Assembly: GCA_042408215.1 (NCBI GenBank)
Contig: JAYFMW010000008.1
Coordinates: forward strand, 256,001 to 320,000
Length of the DNA: 64,000 nucleotides
Direction: 5' to 3'
Source of the DNA: Microcoleus sp.
GTDB taxonomy: Bacteria; Cyanobacteriota; Cyanobacteriia; Cyanobacteriales; Microcoleaceae
The notes under the pieces are model-generated. The model did no database searches and had not been told where the DNA came from. It saw only the letters and a program-made list of their open reading frames with translations. Shown piece by piece: positions 21,152 to 31,812 of the stretch. The stretch's first letter is position 1. Each line of letters begins with the position of its first letter. The position numbers and the translations under genes were made by a program.

Positions 21152-22369
21152 CAATGAAATCCCTTAATCAATCCCTGGATTTTCCGCCACAAATAACCGC
21201 CTAATCCTCTGGATATTTTCTCAAACTTATAATCAAACAAAATATCCATCACATCTTCCGTTTTCATGTACTTTAAATAAGAAATTGTTTGATCGGTAAG
21301 TTCGTCATTCACATCATCGATATACTTTCTCACAGCCAATCTTTCTGAAATATTCCATTTCCGATCAAACTTGCAGTGCATTTCCGTCTCATAATCCCGA
21401 AAATCTGATATTTTACGATCCAAATACATTTGAATATATTTTCCCGCTATTTCCGCACCATCCATCCCGTGTCTAATCCCTTCGCCGCCCAGAAAGTTAA
21501 CCGTAGAAACAGTATCGCCGATCGCAATTATATTATCCTTGCAATAAATATCTTTCAAACCCTGACTATATTTAAGCGTGGAACCGTGTTTGTCAATAAT
21601 TTTATAGTTTTTAGACTTCAGATATTCATCAATCAGTAAATCTATATATTTTTTCAGCGGTGACAAATGCCTAATAGTTTTGGAATCTAAAAAAATGCGG
21701 CCCGCACCAACTTTCAGCCTATTTTGTTCCATTGGAAAAATCCAAGAATAACCTTTTGGCATCCATTTTTCGCCCAAAAAAAAGATTAAATCACCGCTGT
21801 ATTTATTGTAAACTTCTGGTTCTACTTCAATTAAATATTCGATGCCGGTTCCCGACAAAAAATCTGGTTTATCATTTTCTTTATCATACATAATAGCCCT
21901 AGCAAAACCCGTAGCATCAACTAATACTTTAGTGCTAACTTTGATAAGTTGACCGTCGGATAGCTGTTTAAATTCTACTAGAGTTTCGCCGTTTGCTTGT
22001 GAGTGTCGAATGTAGCGATAACCCAGCCAAACTTCACTACCCAGTCGCTGCACTTCACTGGCGAGAAATGCTCTAAATTTAGCAAAGTTTAGAACAACTC
22101 CCAAGCTTTGAGGAGACTCCCAAGTTTGACTGACTTTGCTAGTTTCAATAGTAAGTTTGTGCCAAAAACTGCCGATTACTGATTCGGGTAAATCGAATTG
22201 AGAGAGGGTTTCTAGAGGTGTGGCGGCACTGGAAAAGTCATTTTTATCAAAAGTGTCGTTTTGCTCTGCAAGCAAGACTTTGCGGCCGGATTTTGCTAAT
22301 ATTCTCGCACAGTGGCCAGCCAGCCGGGCCTGCTCCTACTATTACTATATCAAAACTTGTCAAAGTCAT
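21148..22369 (-). CDS. FAD/NAD(P)-dependent oxidoreductase, geranylgeranyl-reductase-like (+1 frameshift near 22318-22321, probably an artefact)
   Basis: N-terminal FDIVIVGAGPAG Rossmann motif lies upstream in another frame; VDATG, GYSWIFP, IGD...GEGI motifs. Confidence 0.82.
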
Positions 22370-22423
22370 TTTGCCTTTTTCACAAACTTTTTTTCTACTG
22401 TTTAAAATTAGTTGGGATTGCTT

Positions 22424-22792
22424 TTAACTCGCTCCCAAAGTCAAAATACCCGCAGACATATCAACTAATAACCGTCGAGTTTTCAGCCACTGGCGGCCGA
22501 TTAAAAATTCCGGTACTCCGTCACCTACATGAACAGGAATGTCAAACTCTTGCTCATCTATGCGTACTTTTCCTGCATAAAGATCGAAATTGAATTCTCC
22601 CTTAGCTGTTTTCATTTTTTCGCGCTGAATATAAATCCAATCAAGTCCTTCTAAATCCTGACTGTCCATTGCTAACCAGCCCGAAAAACCTGTATCTAGC
22701 AGAGCATCAACAGGTAATTCTAAGCCGTTATCAGCAATCAATTCAACTTCAAAAAACAGCTCGTCCTCATCACCAAATCTTCCTTCAATCAT
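22424..22792 (-). CDS. clan AA (retropepsin-like) aspartyl protease
   Basis: ALLDTGFSG and LIGRQWL motifs. Confidence 0.8.
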   Translation of the reverse strand: MIEGRFGDEDELFFEVELIADNGLELPVDALLDTGFSGWLAMDSQDLEGLDWIYIQREKMKTAKGEFNFDLYAGKVRIDEQEFDIPVHVGDGVPEFLIGRQWLKTRRLLVDMSAGILTLGAS

Positions 22793-23106
22793 ATCGTGCC
22801 ACAAACTCCGGTTTCATTGATCCGAAAGACTTGCGGGATAGCATTGGGATGTTTCTGGCGACACATTTTTCCAGCGGCTAACGAATCTTTTTCGATAAAA
22901 TGTTCCCCGCTGTCGGGTTCAACTGCTATGTACCAGTTGTAGTGGGTTTTAATCAATTCTGGTTTGAGGCGATCGAAAATTGGTTTGCAGCGTTGATAAA
23001 ATGCTTCTCTTTCAGCTCGCCACTGAGCTTTTTTTTCTTCTGACCACTGAATTTCGGGGAACAATCTTCCCCGTCGCACGGTGCGATTTGGTTTCACATT
23101 ATTCAT
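22789..23106 (-). CDS. small hypothetical protein coupled to the aspartyl protease
   Basis: WYIAVEPDSGEHF motif; ATGA overlap with the protease start. Confidence 0.7.
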   Translation of the reverse strand: MNNVKPNRTVRRGRLFPEIQWSEEKKAQWRAEREAFYQRCKPIFDRLKPELIKTHYNWYIAVEPDSGEHFIEKDSLAAGKMCRQKHPNAIPQVFRINETGVCGTI

Positions 23107-23137
23107 TGTTGATTCTCCTTGATGGAAGTAGTTAGCT

Positions 23138-23200
23138 GTAAGGTGCGCAGTGCGCACCCTACAATTCTAGCTAGTAAGGTGCCCAGTGCGCACCCTACAA
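23138..23200. repeat. two REP-like hairpins
   Basis: GTAAGGTGC(G/C)CAGTGCGCACCCTAC x2. Confidence 0.75.
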
Positions 23201-23210
23201 TTCTAGCTAA

Positions 23211-25118
23211 TTAGACGCTAACAGGTGACTGTTTGTGGCTGAATGTTGCCAATATGCGATCGCACATTTGTGACGGATTTAACCCTAAACTTGCAAAGGA
23301 TTCCTCTGGCGTTGCATGATCTACCAATGTATCAGGCACGCCCAGCCGCATCACTGGTACAACAACATTATTGTCTAGCAAAGCTTCGGCTACTGCTGAA
23401 CCAAAACCACCCATCAAACAGCCTTCTTCCATTGTGACAACTTTGCCAATTCGCTGTGCCAAAGGTAAGATTAATTCGGTATCTAAGGGCTTGACAAAAC
23501 GCGCATTAATCACAGTTGCTTCTATGCCGTGTTCGCTCAAAATCTCGGCGGTTTGCATTGCCGGATAAACCATTGAACCGTAACCTAAGATTAGCAAGTC
23601 GTCCCCGTTGCGGAGGATTTCGGCTTTGCCGATCGCCAATTCTTCCCAACCTTCTTCCATCAAAGGCACGCCGTAACCGTTACCACGCGGGTAACGCATG
23701 GCGATCGGACCGCTTGTATGGTTAATTCCCGTGACTACCATCCGCTGCAATTCTGCCTCGTCTTTTGGAGCCATAATCACCAGATTTGGCAGACAGCGCA
23801 AGTAAGCAATGTCGTACATTCCTTGGTGAGTTGGGCCGTCAGCACCGACGATTCCGGCTCGATCTAAACAGAAGAAAACCGGCAAGTTTTGGATGCAGAC
23901 ATCGTGAACTATTTGGTCATATCCCCGCTGCAAAAACGTCGAATAAATTGCCACTACCGGGCGCATTCCTTCGCAGGCTAAACCAGCCGATAAAGTAACG
24001 GCGTGCTGTTCGGCAATGCCGACATCAATGTACTGTTTCGGCAGTTTTTCCTGAAGTTTATCTAAGCCAGTTCCGGTTGCCATTGCCGCAGTAATACCGA
24101 CTATTTTCGGATTATCTGCTGCTAGTTTAACTAAACAGTGGGAAAAGACTTTAGAGTAAGCGGGAGGCTTGGGTTTGGTCGAAGGAACGCCTTTACCAGT
24201 GGCTAAATTAAACGGGCTTTGGGCGTGATATCCTACTTGGTCTTTTTCGGCGATCGCATATCCTTTGCCCTTCACCGTCACAACGTGAACTAGCACCGGG
24301 CCTTGGATAGTATGACCTTGTTTGAAAGTAGCAATTAACTCTGCCAAATTGTGTCCGTCTACCGGGCCCATGTAGGTAAAGCCCAATTCTTCAATTACGG
24401 CTCCAACTTTCGACACCGCTAACCGTTTCATTCCTTCTTTGAGGCGTTCCATTTCTGGGGTAAATGTTTCGCCCACAAAGGGAATGTGTTTGAATTGTTC
24501 CTCTAAGTTATCTTTGAGAAATTGCACCGGCTGCGAGAGTCGCATTTTGTTCAAATAGCGGGTAATTGCGCCAACATTGGGCGAGATTGACATCTCGTTG
24601 TCGTTAAGCACTACCATCAAATTGGTTTTCGGCATATGGCCCGCGTGGTTGATCGCTTCGAGTGCCATACCCCCTGTCAGGGCACCGTCGCCGATGACTG
24701 CTACAGTTTTAAAGTTTTCGCCTTTGAGGTCGCGCGCCATTGCCATCCCTAGAGCTGCGGAAATGCTCGTAGAAGCGTGGCCAGCACCAAAATGGTCAAA
24801 TTTGTTCTCGGAGCGCTTGAGGTAGCCTGCAACGCCGTCTTTTTGGCGTAGGGTGTGGAATTGGTTGTAGCGGCCGGTGATCAATTTGTGCGGATAAGCT
24901 TGGTGGCCGACATCCCAGGTTACTTTGTCGCGATCGAGGTCAAGTGTCTGGTACAGTGCTAAAGTCAGTTCGACTACACCCAATCCGGGGCCGAGGTGGC
25001 CGCCACTGGCTGCTACAGTTTCTAAATGCTTTTCTCGAATTTGTCGAGCAATTTGTTCCAGTTGATGAATGGACAAGCCGTGTAATTGGTTTGGGTGAGT
25101 CAGTTCGCTGAGATGCAT
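23211..25118 (-). CDS. dxs: 1-deoxy-D-xylulose-5-phosphate synthase
   Basis: [53 protein letters not shown]. Confidence 0.97.
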   Translation of the reverse strand: MHLSELTHPNQLHGLSIHQLEQIARQIREKHLETVAASGGHLGPGLGVVELTLALYQTLDLDRDKVTWDVGHQAYPHKLITGRYNQFHTLRQKDGVAGYLKRSENKFDHFGAGHASTSISAALGMAMARDLKGENFKTVAVIGDGALTGGMALEAINHAGHMPKTNLMVVLNDNEMSISPNVGAITRYLNKMRLSQPVQFLKDNLEEQFKHIPFVGETFTPEMERLKEGMKRLAVSKVGAVIEELGFTYMGPVDGHNLAELIATFKQGHTIQGPVLVHVVTVKGKGYAIAEKDQVGYHAQSPFNLATGKGVPSTKPKPPAYSKVFSHCLVKLAADNPKIVGITAAMATGTGLDKLQEKLPKQYIDVGIAEQHAVTLSAGLACEGMRPVVAIYSTFLQRGYDQIVHDVCIQNLPVFFCLDRAGIVGADGPTHQGMYDIAYLRCLPNLVIMAPKDEAELQRMVVTGINHTSGPIAMRYPRGNGYGVPLMEEGWEELAIGKAEILRNGDDLLILGYGSMVYPAMQTAEILSEHGIEATVINARFVKPLDTELILPLAQRIGKVVTMEEGCLMGGFGSAVAEALLDNNVVVPVMRLGVPDTLVDHATPEESFASLGLNPSQMCDRILATFSHKQSPVSV

Positions 25119-25411
25119 ATTTTAAAATCTTGCTCCTGTGAATCAGGACGAATCCTTAACAGCTATAGGTTGAGCCTGCGACGCTTGGGACACGCAAACT
25201 TAGAATAGTTTAGCGGTTATTTGGGAAAAACTGTGAGGCGTAACAATTTTATTATTTCTGACCTGGCAATTCTAGTAAATAAATTGTTAAAAATCAATAT
25301 AAATTACGAACCGGTTTGTAGTAAGGACGACCGTCCTGATTCTTTTATACTCGCAGCTCAAATTTCACAAAATGCTATTACAGTCAGAAAATGACTGATT
25401 TTTGAGATAGC

Positions 25412-25463
25412 AAGGACTAAAGTCCTGACTACGAACCGGTTTGTAGTCAGGACTTTAGTCCTT
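25412..25463. repeat. REP-like palindrome
   Basis: AAGGACTAAAGTCCTGACTAC-loop-GTAGTCAGGACTTTAGTCCTT. Confidence 0.75.
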
Positions 25464-25469
25464 ATTATT

Positions 25470-27569
25470 TTATACTCGCGTTTGACTTTGCTCAATTTCT
25501 GCCAACAGCCGCTCTTGACTTTTCGCAGGTTCTTTGCAAGTCAAACACTCGCAAACCAACCCGACAACTCCTTCAGGTAAATCAGCCTCAATCTGAAATA
25601 CAGCAGTCGGATAATACTGCGAAATCAACCCAGAAATTCGATCGGGAGTCGTGCGAATCAAAGTAGAATGCTGATACCAATCGAGAGCAGAAAGCAAACT
25701 CGGACAAGCTTGAGGAGCATCTTTTATAATACTGCTGAAAGCTTGCAAACCTTGTTGGGCGCGATCGAGAAATTCCAAATTCTGCCCCAGCAGCGCTAAA
25801 CGAACCAAAGAGGCGATCGCAATTCCATTAGCCGCCGGAGTTGCATTATCTGTATAGCTGCGTTCCCGCACCAACAAATCACCGCTGCAATCCTTAGCAG
25901 TATTGTAATATCCTCCTAATTCCACGCTCCACAAAAACTCATCAAATTCTGCTTGCACCAGAATTGCTTTCTCCAACCATTTGTCACTTTTACCTACTTC
26001 TTCAACTACCGACAAACTCCCTTGATGCAAATCTAACAATGCTTTCACAAACAAAGCATAATCTTCCGACTGCGCCATCACAGCGGTTTTTCCATCATAA
26101 TTCAATCGGTGAAACCGCCCATCAATCCACTGATTATCTAAAATAAAATTAGCAGCTTTTACCGCCAATTCCAGATATTCCCGATCGCCAAAAACGGCAG
26201 CAGCCCTTGCCAAACCAGAAATCATCAAGCTATTCCAAGCTACAATCATTTTAGTGTCAGTAACTGCCGGAATTCTACCAGGCCAACTATCATTTTTAGC
26301 TTCCTGATTGTTCCGGGCTGGGGGAAAGGTTTTTACAGCATCGGGCTGGCCGCCGTAGCGAACTGTAAACAGTTTCGCCAAAGCCGTTTCTACCGTTTCG
26401 CTCAATAGGCACGAATGACGGCGCTGCAATACATTTCTGCCTTCAAAATTACCATCACGACTAACAGTAAAATGTTTGTGAATTTCTACTAATTCCTCAG
26501 CAGTTAACAGTTGTTCCAGTTCGCTGTAAGTCCAAACATAAAACGCTCCTTCTTCCGGTTCAGACCCCCCCGTTGCCCCCCCTTGGTAAGGGGGGGTTGG
26601 GGGGGTAAAACTGTCAGCATCCTGTGAAGCATAAAAATAGCCCGTTGGCGCGGTCATTTCTCGCTTCAACCATTCTACAGTCCCCGCAACGGCAGTTTCA
26701 AAAGCCGGTTCTTGGATTCCCGCACTCCACAGATTCGCTAAATACTCAACAATTTGACCGTTGTCATAGAGCATTTTCTCAAAGTGTGGTATAGTCCAAG
26801 TTGAGTCAACGGTGTAGCGGTGAAATCCGCCGGCAACGTGGTCGTAAATGCCACCCAATGCTAAGTCTAATCCCCGCTTAGTGCAAACCTCTTGGCAGTC
26901 GTATTTCGATTCAAAATTAAATCGTACTCCCCGCAGTGATAACTCAGCATAAGGCATCATCGGAAAACTTGGGCCTTGATTGCGATCGGCAATAATTCCG
27001 GTGTTAAGTTCTAAGCCTTTTTGGAACACTTCCCGACTTAATTCTGCGGTGACTCCTGACAGCATCGCCGACTGTTGGAGGTTGCCTAAAATCTCTGATT
27101 GGAAGGCTTGCAATTTGCCTTTTTCTAGGTCGTAAAAGCGGCGAATTGATTGCAAAACTTCTAAAAATCCTGGGCGTCCGTAACGCGGTTCTACTGGGAA
27201 ATAAGTGCCACCATAGAACGGAATTCTTTCGTTAGGCGTGAGAAAAACGTTGAGGGGCCAACCACCTTGACCAATCATCATTTGCAAGGCCTGCATATAA
27301 ATGCTGTCGATGTCTGGCCGTTCTTCGCGATCGACTTTTATGGGGATAAAGTGCGAATTCATGTATTGGGCGATCGCACTATTAGAGAATGCTTCCCCTT
27401 CCATCACCGTACACCAGTGGCAGCTAGAATAGCCAATGGACAGAAAAATCGGTTTATTTTGGCTGTGGGCGGTATCTAACGCTTCATCGCACCACGGCCA
27501 CCAGTCGATCGGATTTTCGGCGTGTTTCCGCAGGTAAAGGCTTTGGGATTGGGCAAGACGGTTCACCAT
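25470..27569 (-). CDS. YyaL/SSP411-like thioredoxin-domain protein (DUF255)
   Basis: NRLAQSQSLYLRKHAENPIDW, SCHWCTVME, GGWPL, PHFEKMLYDN. Confidence 0.92.
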   Translation of the reverse strand: MVNRLAQSQSLYLRKHAENPIDWWPWCDEALDTAHSQNKPIFLSIGYSSCHWCTVMEGEAFSNSAIAQYMNSHFIPIKVDREERPDIDSIYMQALQMMIGQGGWPLNVFLTPNERIPFYGGTYFPVEPRYGRPGFLEVLQSIRRFYDLEKGKLQAFQSEILGNLQQSAMLSGVTAELSREVFQKGLELNTGIIADRNQGPSFPMMPYAELSLRGVRFNFESKYDCQEVCTKRGLDLALGGIYDHVAGGFHRYTVDSTWTIPHFEKMLYDNGQIVEYLANLWSAGIQEPAFETAVAGTVEWLKREMTAPTGYFYASQDADSFTPPTPPYQGGATGGSEPEEGAFYVWTYSELEQLLTAEELVEIHKHFTVSRDGNFEGRNVLQRRHSCLLSETVETALAKLFTVRYGGQPDAVKTFPPARNNQEAKNDSWPGRIPAVTDTKMIVAWNSLMISGLARAAAVFGDREYLELAVKAANFILDNQWIDGRFHRLNYDGKTAVMAQSEDYALFVKALLDLHQGSLSVVEEVGKSDKWLEKAILVQAEFDEFLWSVELGGYYNTAKDCSGDLLVRERSYTDNATPAANGIAIASLVRLALLGQNLEFLDRAQQGLQAFSSIIKDAPQACPSLLSALDWYQHSTLIRTTPDRISGLISQYYPTAVFQIEADLPEGVVGLVCECLTCKEPAKSQERLLAEIEQSQTRV

Positions 27570-27654
27570 AATCAAATCCACTTCAACTCGTACTGAGTAA
27601 GCTTATCAGTTCTCTAGCAGTGTAGCGCGAGATGTTTGAGTTTCGCTGTTGCCT

Positions 27655-29102
27655 TTGACACTCCCCGGTCTAAAGACGCGGGGATTCTTAAGGAGAAACT
27701 TTGGGGGATGAATCCGTCCAAAGTTTGATTCTTAAAGGGTTAGTCAGCAACCCCCTACCCACTCGCTGAATTATTGAGTCTGTGGCAAATGATTGATTTG
27801 CGGATGATATTAGCTGCACCATTAACGTCTGCATTAATTAACAACCCAGTGCTAGAACGGTACAAACCTCGCTTGATTCGCTTACCCGATGGCTGCCAAT
27901 TGTCGGGTTTTTCACCGACTTTCACTGGCAACAAATCTTGGTCTAAAAAACTAGCTTTTGATGTGTAAGATTCATCTTGTTCGACAAATCTCCATCCCCT
28001 TAAATCGCATTCTTGTTGAAGCCTATCTTTAACTTTAGCTGTCGGTATTTGGACAAAGTTCTGGTTAGTCTTACCTCCCATATTGACTTCTTGTTTCTGT
28101 CCTTTATTCCAACCAAAGACTAGGACGTTAATTTGGTGATCTTCACAATAATCTATGATGGTTCTAACTGCTTTATTAACAGCATCTCTCATTCTTCTGG
28201 TGCGAGTTTCTGACAACTGTTGCAGTCTATGAGACGAAAAACCTTTAGGCAACTTACATTGATCGTGTACTGATTGCACCCGCGCCTTTTCCTTATTAAA
28301 CCATTGGTTCCAAGACTTTAATTTGTGACCATCAATAATAAATGGTTTGCCATTACTAGAAACACAAGTTAGCCAGTTATTGATGCCGCGATCGATACCT
28401 AAAATTCCCGTTACTTCCCAGCTACAGATAGGGGCTTGTTTGGTTAGACTTTCGTGGACAAATTCGACCCAAACTTTGCCATTTCTAGGGATTAGTCGAA
28501 GTTCTTTAATCTGGCAATTCTTCAGTCTTTCCGGTAAAGTCACCCAGAGAGCATCTGTCCCAAAGTGTTCTTTGCCTTTAGTTCCCAGAGGTAGTCTCAC
28601 CCGATTACCGACTATTTTCAAGGCTTGCCCAGGGTAGGTCACCTGGTACATTGCTCCCTTGGTTCTGTACTTGGGCAATCTCGGTTTTTGATTAAGTTCT
28701 CCTTTCTTGGCTAACCTTTCTAATGCTCGGAAAGAGCTAAAGGATTCAGCAACAGATTTGAGGGATTGTTGAGCCACTTGCGAGTAAAGTAAACCGTAAT
28801 TATCGTTGGGTTTGGCAATTTTGTACAGGTCTGGGTATTTAATTGCGCCTTGGTCTTTGAAGTACCGTTGCCGACTTTCGTAAGTGCCGACATTAAACAG
28901 ATTGTTTGACCATCTTAAGATTTGCTCGACAATGGTTTTGTCAAGTCCCTTTAAATGCCAAACATCTTTTTGCACTGCATACATTAATTTCAACCTCCTT
29001 TGATTAATTGTACTATATTTAGAAATATCTAACTGGGAGATTAAAGTCTCCCTCGCCCTTTCATCCCTGGACTAAAGTCGCAGGGTTTTCAGGGTATTTC
29101 TT
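27655..29102 (-). mobile_element. IS200/IS605-family (IS1341-type) element carrying only tnpB
   Basis: Minus-strand right end GAATCCCCGCGTCTTTAGACCGGGGAGTGTCAA; left-end hairpin CCCTGCGACTTTAGTCCAGGG; preceded by TTAT. Confidence 0.8.
27755..28984 (-). CDS. tnpB: RNA-guided endonuclease TnpB
   Basis: GIDRGINN, QDESYTSKAS, INADVNGAANI; AGGAGG RBS 9 nt before the ATG. Confidence 0.9.
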   Translation of the reverse strand: MYAVQKDVWHLKGLDKTIVEQILRWSNNLFNVGTYESRQRYFKDQGAIKYPDLYKIAKPNDNYGLLYSQVAQQSLKSVAESFSSFRALERLAKKGELNQKPRLPKYRTKGAMYQVTYPGQALKIVGNRVRLPLGTKGKEHFGTDALWVTLPERLKNCQIKELRLIPRNGKVWVEFVHESLTKQAPICSWEVTGILGIDRGINNWLTCVSSNGKPFIIDGHKLKSWNQWFNKEKARVQSVHDQCKLPKGFSSHRLQQLSETRTRRMRDAVNKAVRTIIDYCEDHQINVLVFGWNKGQKQEVNMGGKTNQNFVQIPTAKVKDRLQQECDLRGWRFVEQDESYTSKASFLDQDLLPVKVGEKPDNWQPSGKRIKRGLYRSSTGLLINADVNGAANIIRKSIICHRLNNSASG

Positions 29103-29747
29103 ATAATAACAGCCACCGAAAAATATCCCTCCCTATTGCTCAGACTCCCGTCATAGTTTTTTCCTGAAAGATTACGGTTTGGCGTACCGCTACAACTGAT
29201 TTGCTATGGATGGCCAGTTTTAGTCTCTCTCAATGGCGCTTGTTGCTGAATCGGAAACCGAGAATCGACGCACCGAATATGCTCCCAGATTTTGTCCAGA
29301 GTTATAGCCCACATTCCGCACCCTCAACTCTCACCATCGGTTTTTACTTATTTTTATCAAGCAATCAAGCTCTCAATTAGATTTTTTTAAGTATATTTAC
29401 GGATAAAAAACGTTTTAAAAGCATAACTTCTCAAGTTTTAATATTTTTTTCAGTAATTATACTGTGTAAAACGCCAGGTGCGGAATGTGGGTTATACTAT
29501 CTTGTTGAAAGGGGGCCAAATTCAGGACTAAGGCCCGGTGACAGCAGCCCTATTTTTCGATGTACGCCATAGAAAATAAGTTAGAAGCCATCAATCTAGG
29601 CACTTTGGCTAATTCCAATCAGCGTCTTCCCAATCTTCATCGAATCTTCATAAAAACTACTTGCCTTAACCTGTGTTTCCGTTTATATTGAGGATGTGAA
29701 GGTAAAAAAACCTGATTCCAGTCCACATAAACATAAAGGTGTCAACC

Positions 29748-30425
29748 ATGAAATCCTCATTAAATTTAGTCAAATCGATTTTAGCTGTTGCCAGTGTCGC
29801 TGCTCTTAGTGCAGTATCCGCAGCACCTGCCTCCGCCGTCGGCTTCAGCTTTGGTAATATCTTTGGTGGCGATACGGTTGGAGATGCCTATCAAAACAGC
29901 TTTAATTTTGACGTAACTGAAAATGGTTTAAACTCAGTTCTTTTTAACATCTCCAACTCTGGAAATGCCGCAGCTTCTAGTATGTTTATCGGTAAAGTTC
30001 TCTTTGATGATAATGGCTATCTGTCTAATGCCGTGGCTAACGTTAATAACACTGGTAACGTAGCCTTTACTGGTGGTGCTGGTAGCGATCAGTTGCCTCA
30101 AGGTGGTACTGGCTTCACCACAGACTATGCCTTCACAAGAGACAATGGTGCTGGTAATAAATGGGCTGTCCAAGGTAGCGAAAGTTTGGGAGTGAGCTTT
30201 ACTGGAAATTATGCTAACGTAATTTCCGCTTTGAATAGCGGTAGCTTAAAATTAGGTTTGCACGTTCAAGCCTTACCAGGTGGTGCAAGCGATTCTTACC
30301 TCAGCAGCAGCAGTGGCAACACTCAAGATACTCCTGAACCTTTAACAATGCTGGCTGCGGGAGCTGCTGTTGGGTTTGGTAGTATGTTCAAAAAGCAACG
30401 CGATCAGGCTCAAAAAGCTGAATAG
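29748..30425 (+). CDS. PEP-CTERM surface protein
   Basis: Signal peptide ending AAPASA; C-terminal TPEPLTMLAAGAAVGFGSMFKKQR. Confidence 0.9.
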   Translation: MKSSLNLVKSILAVASVAALSAVSAAPASAVGFSFGNIFGGDTVGDAYQNSFNFDVTENGLNSVLFNISNSGNAAASSMFIGKVLFDDNGYLSNAVANVNNTGNVAFTGGAGSDQLPQGGTGFTTDYAFTRDNGAGNKWAVQGSESLGVSFTGNYANVISALNSGSLKLGLHVQALPGGASDSYLSSSSGNTQDTPEPLTMLAAGAAVGFGSMFKKQRDQAQKAE

Positions 30426-30583
30426 GCTATCATTTTAACTGGTTTTCGCTCATGGCTTGATGCCAAACTGATTATCTTATGATAGAGCTAAAAAACCTGG
30501 TTTCACCAAGAAACCAGGTTTCTTATTGTTTTATTTAAACGACATGGTATAATCTAATCAATCAACTAATAACTAATATCAAA

Positions 30584-31420
30584 ATGTTCAAGAAAGAACT
30601 TTTTGGGCTAATCATTATCGCCACAGGTTTAGTAACCCTGAATATGACACTCCTCTGGAAAATGGGGGATATTGCTCATTTTTATATGAGTGTAGTTTTT
30701 TGGTTCGCTGTGGGTTCCCTACTTTGGGACAAGCAGGATATTCTCAAACAGAGTGAGGTAAAAAGTGACCTATTATCGAGAGTCGCTGGGACAATATTAA
30801 TAGCTTTTATTTTATTTAAAAGTGCTATGGTTTCCAGTAAATTCGATATTTTTTTAAGAATAGCACCTTTTTTGTCTGGTTTAGGTGTGGCCCTAATTGC
30901 GGTAGGTTTTCAGGATTTAAAAAAATATTGGCGTGAATTGGTCATACTATTTTTTCATGGCATCCCCAGTGTACTTACGTCACCTTTAGTAGATATTATT
31001 ACCTCGTTTACAGCTCAGTCGGCTTATTTTTCTTTGTGGTATTTGGGTTTTAATGCAACACGTGAGGGTAATTATGTTGCTTTACCGACAGGAAGGGTGT
31101 TGGTATATGGGGGATGTTCGGGTATCGAGGCCATGAATTACTTATTAGGTTTATCTGTAGTTTGTTTGTTGATGTTTCCTACTAAACAAAATAAAGCTTT
31201 GGTAATAGGTGTCGCTGTCGCTTTGGGTTTTATGATTAATACTTTGAGAGTGGCGGCAATGGCTTTGTTAGTTGCATCTAATCGCCTAGATTTGTTTAAA
31301 TATTGGCATGAGGGTGAAGGTTCTTTGGTGGTGGGGATGATTGCGGTGGTTTTGTTTGGGATATTTTATCAATTTATCTTGAAACAAGATAGCAAAATTA
31401 GTCAAAGTTCGCGAAATTAA
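30584..31420 (+). CDS. crtA: cyanoexosortase A, copy 1
   Basis: Multi-TM; VYGGCSG (Cys), INTLRV (Arg), YWHEGEG (His) triad; follows a PEP-CTERM gene. Confidence 0.85.
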   Translation: MFKKELFGLIIIATGLVTLNMTLLWKMGDIAHFYMSVVFWFAVGSLLWDKQDILKQSEVKSDLLSRVAGTILIAFILFKSAMVSSKFDIFLRIAPFLSGLGVALIAVGFQDLKKYWRELVILFFHGIPSVLTSPLVDIITSFTAQSAYFSLWYLGFNATREGNYVALPTGRVLVYGGCSGIEAMNYLLGLSVVCLLMFPTKQNKALVIGVAVALGFMINTLRVAAMALLVASNRLDLFKYWHEGEGSLVVGMIAVVLFGIFYQFILKQDSKISQSSRN

Positions 31421-31591
31421 TTAGTTTAAAGTTGAGGTAATATATCGGTTGTTCGATTTCCACTCCCATAGTCAGGAGTCTCGTTCACTCATATGTCCGG
31501 GTGTTCAAATCCGCCACCTGTTACTACCTGTAATTGAACTGCGGTTATATATATCATAGAAATAATGTCAGGAAATTATAGGAAACTCGTT

Positions 31592-31812
31592 ATGGCGGCC
31601 AATGAAAGTCAAATAAGTCAAATTTACGGTTCCGAGGATGCTCAAGCTATTCTGCAAATTGCGATCGCCCGATCGCAAAATGCTTCCCCTTCCATCACCC
31701 TAAACCAGTGGCCGCTAGAGTAACGAATTGACAGAAAAATCGGTTTATTTGCCATCCGGGCCCTTTATAGGGCTTCGTCGCACCAGGCCAACCAGTCGAT
31801 CGAATTTTCGGC
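31592..31812. pseudogene. duplication junction: 5' stub of the 2TM gene fused to a decayed yyaL fragment
   Basis: 31592-31670 matches 34952-35030; 31670-31812 matches about 27371-27531. Confidence 0.8.
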
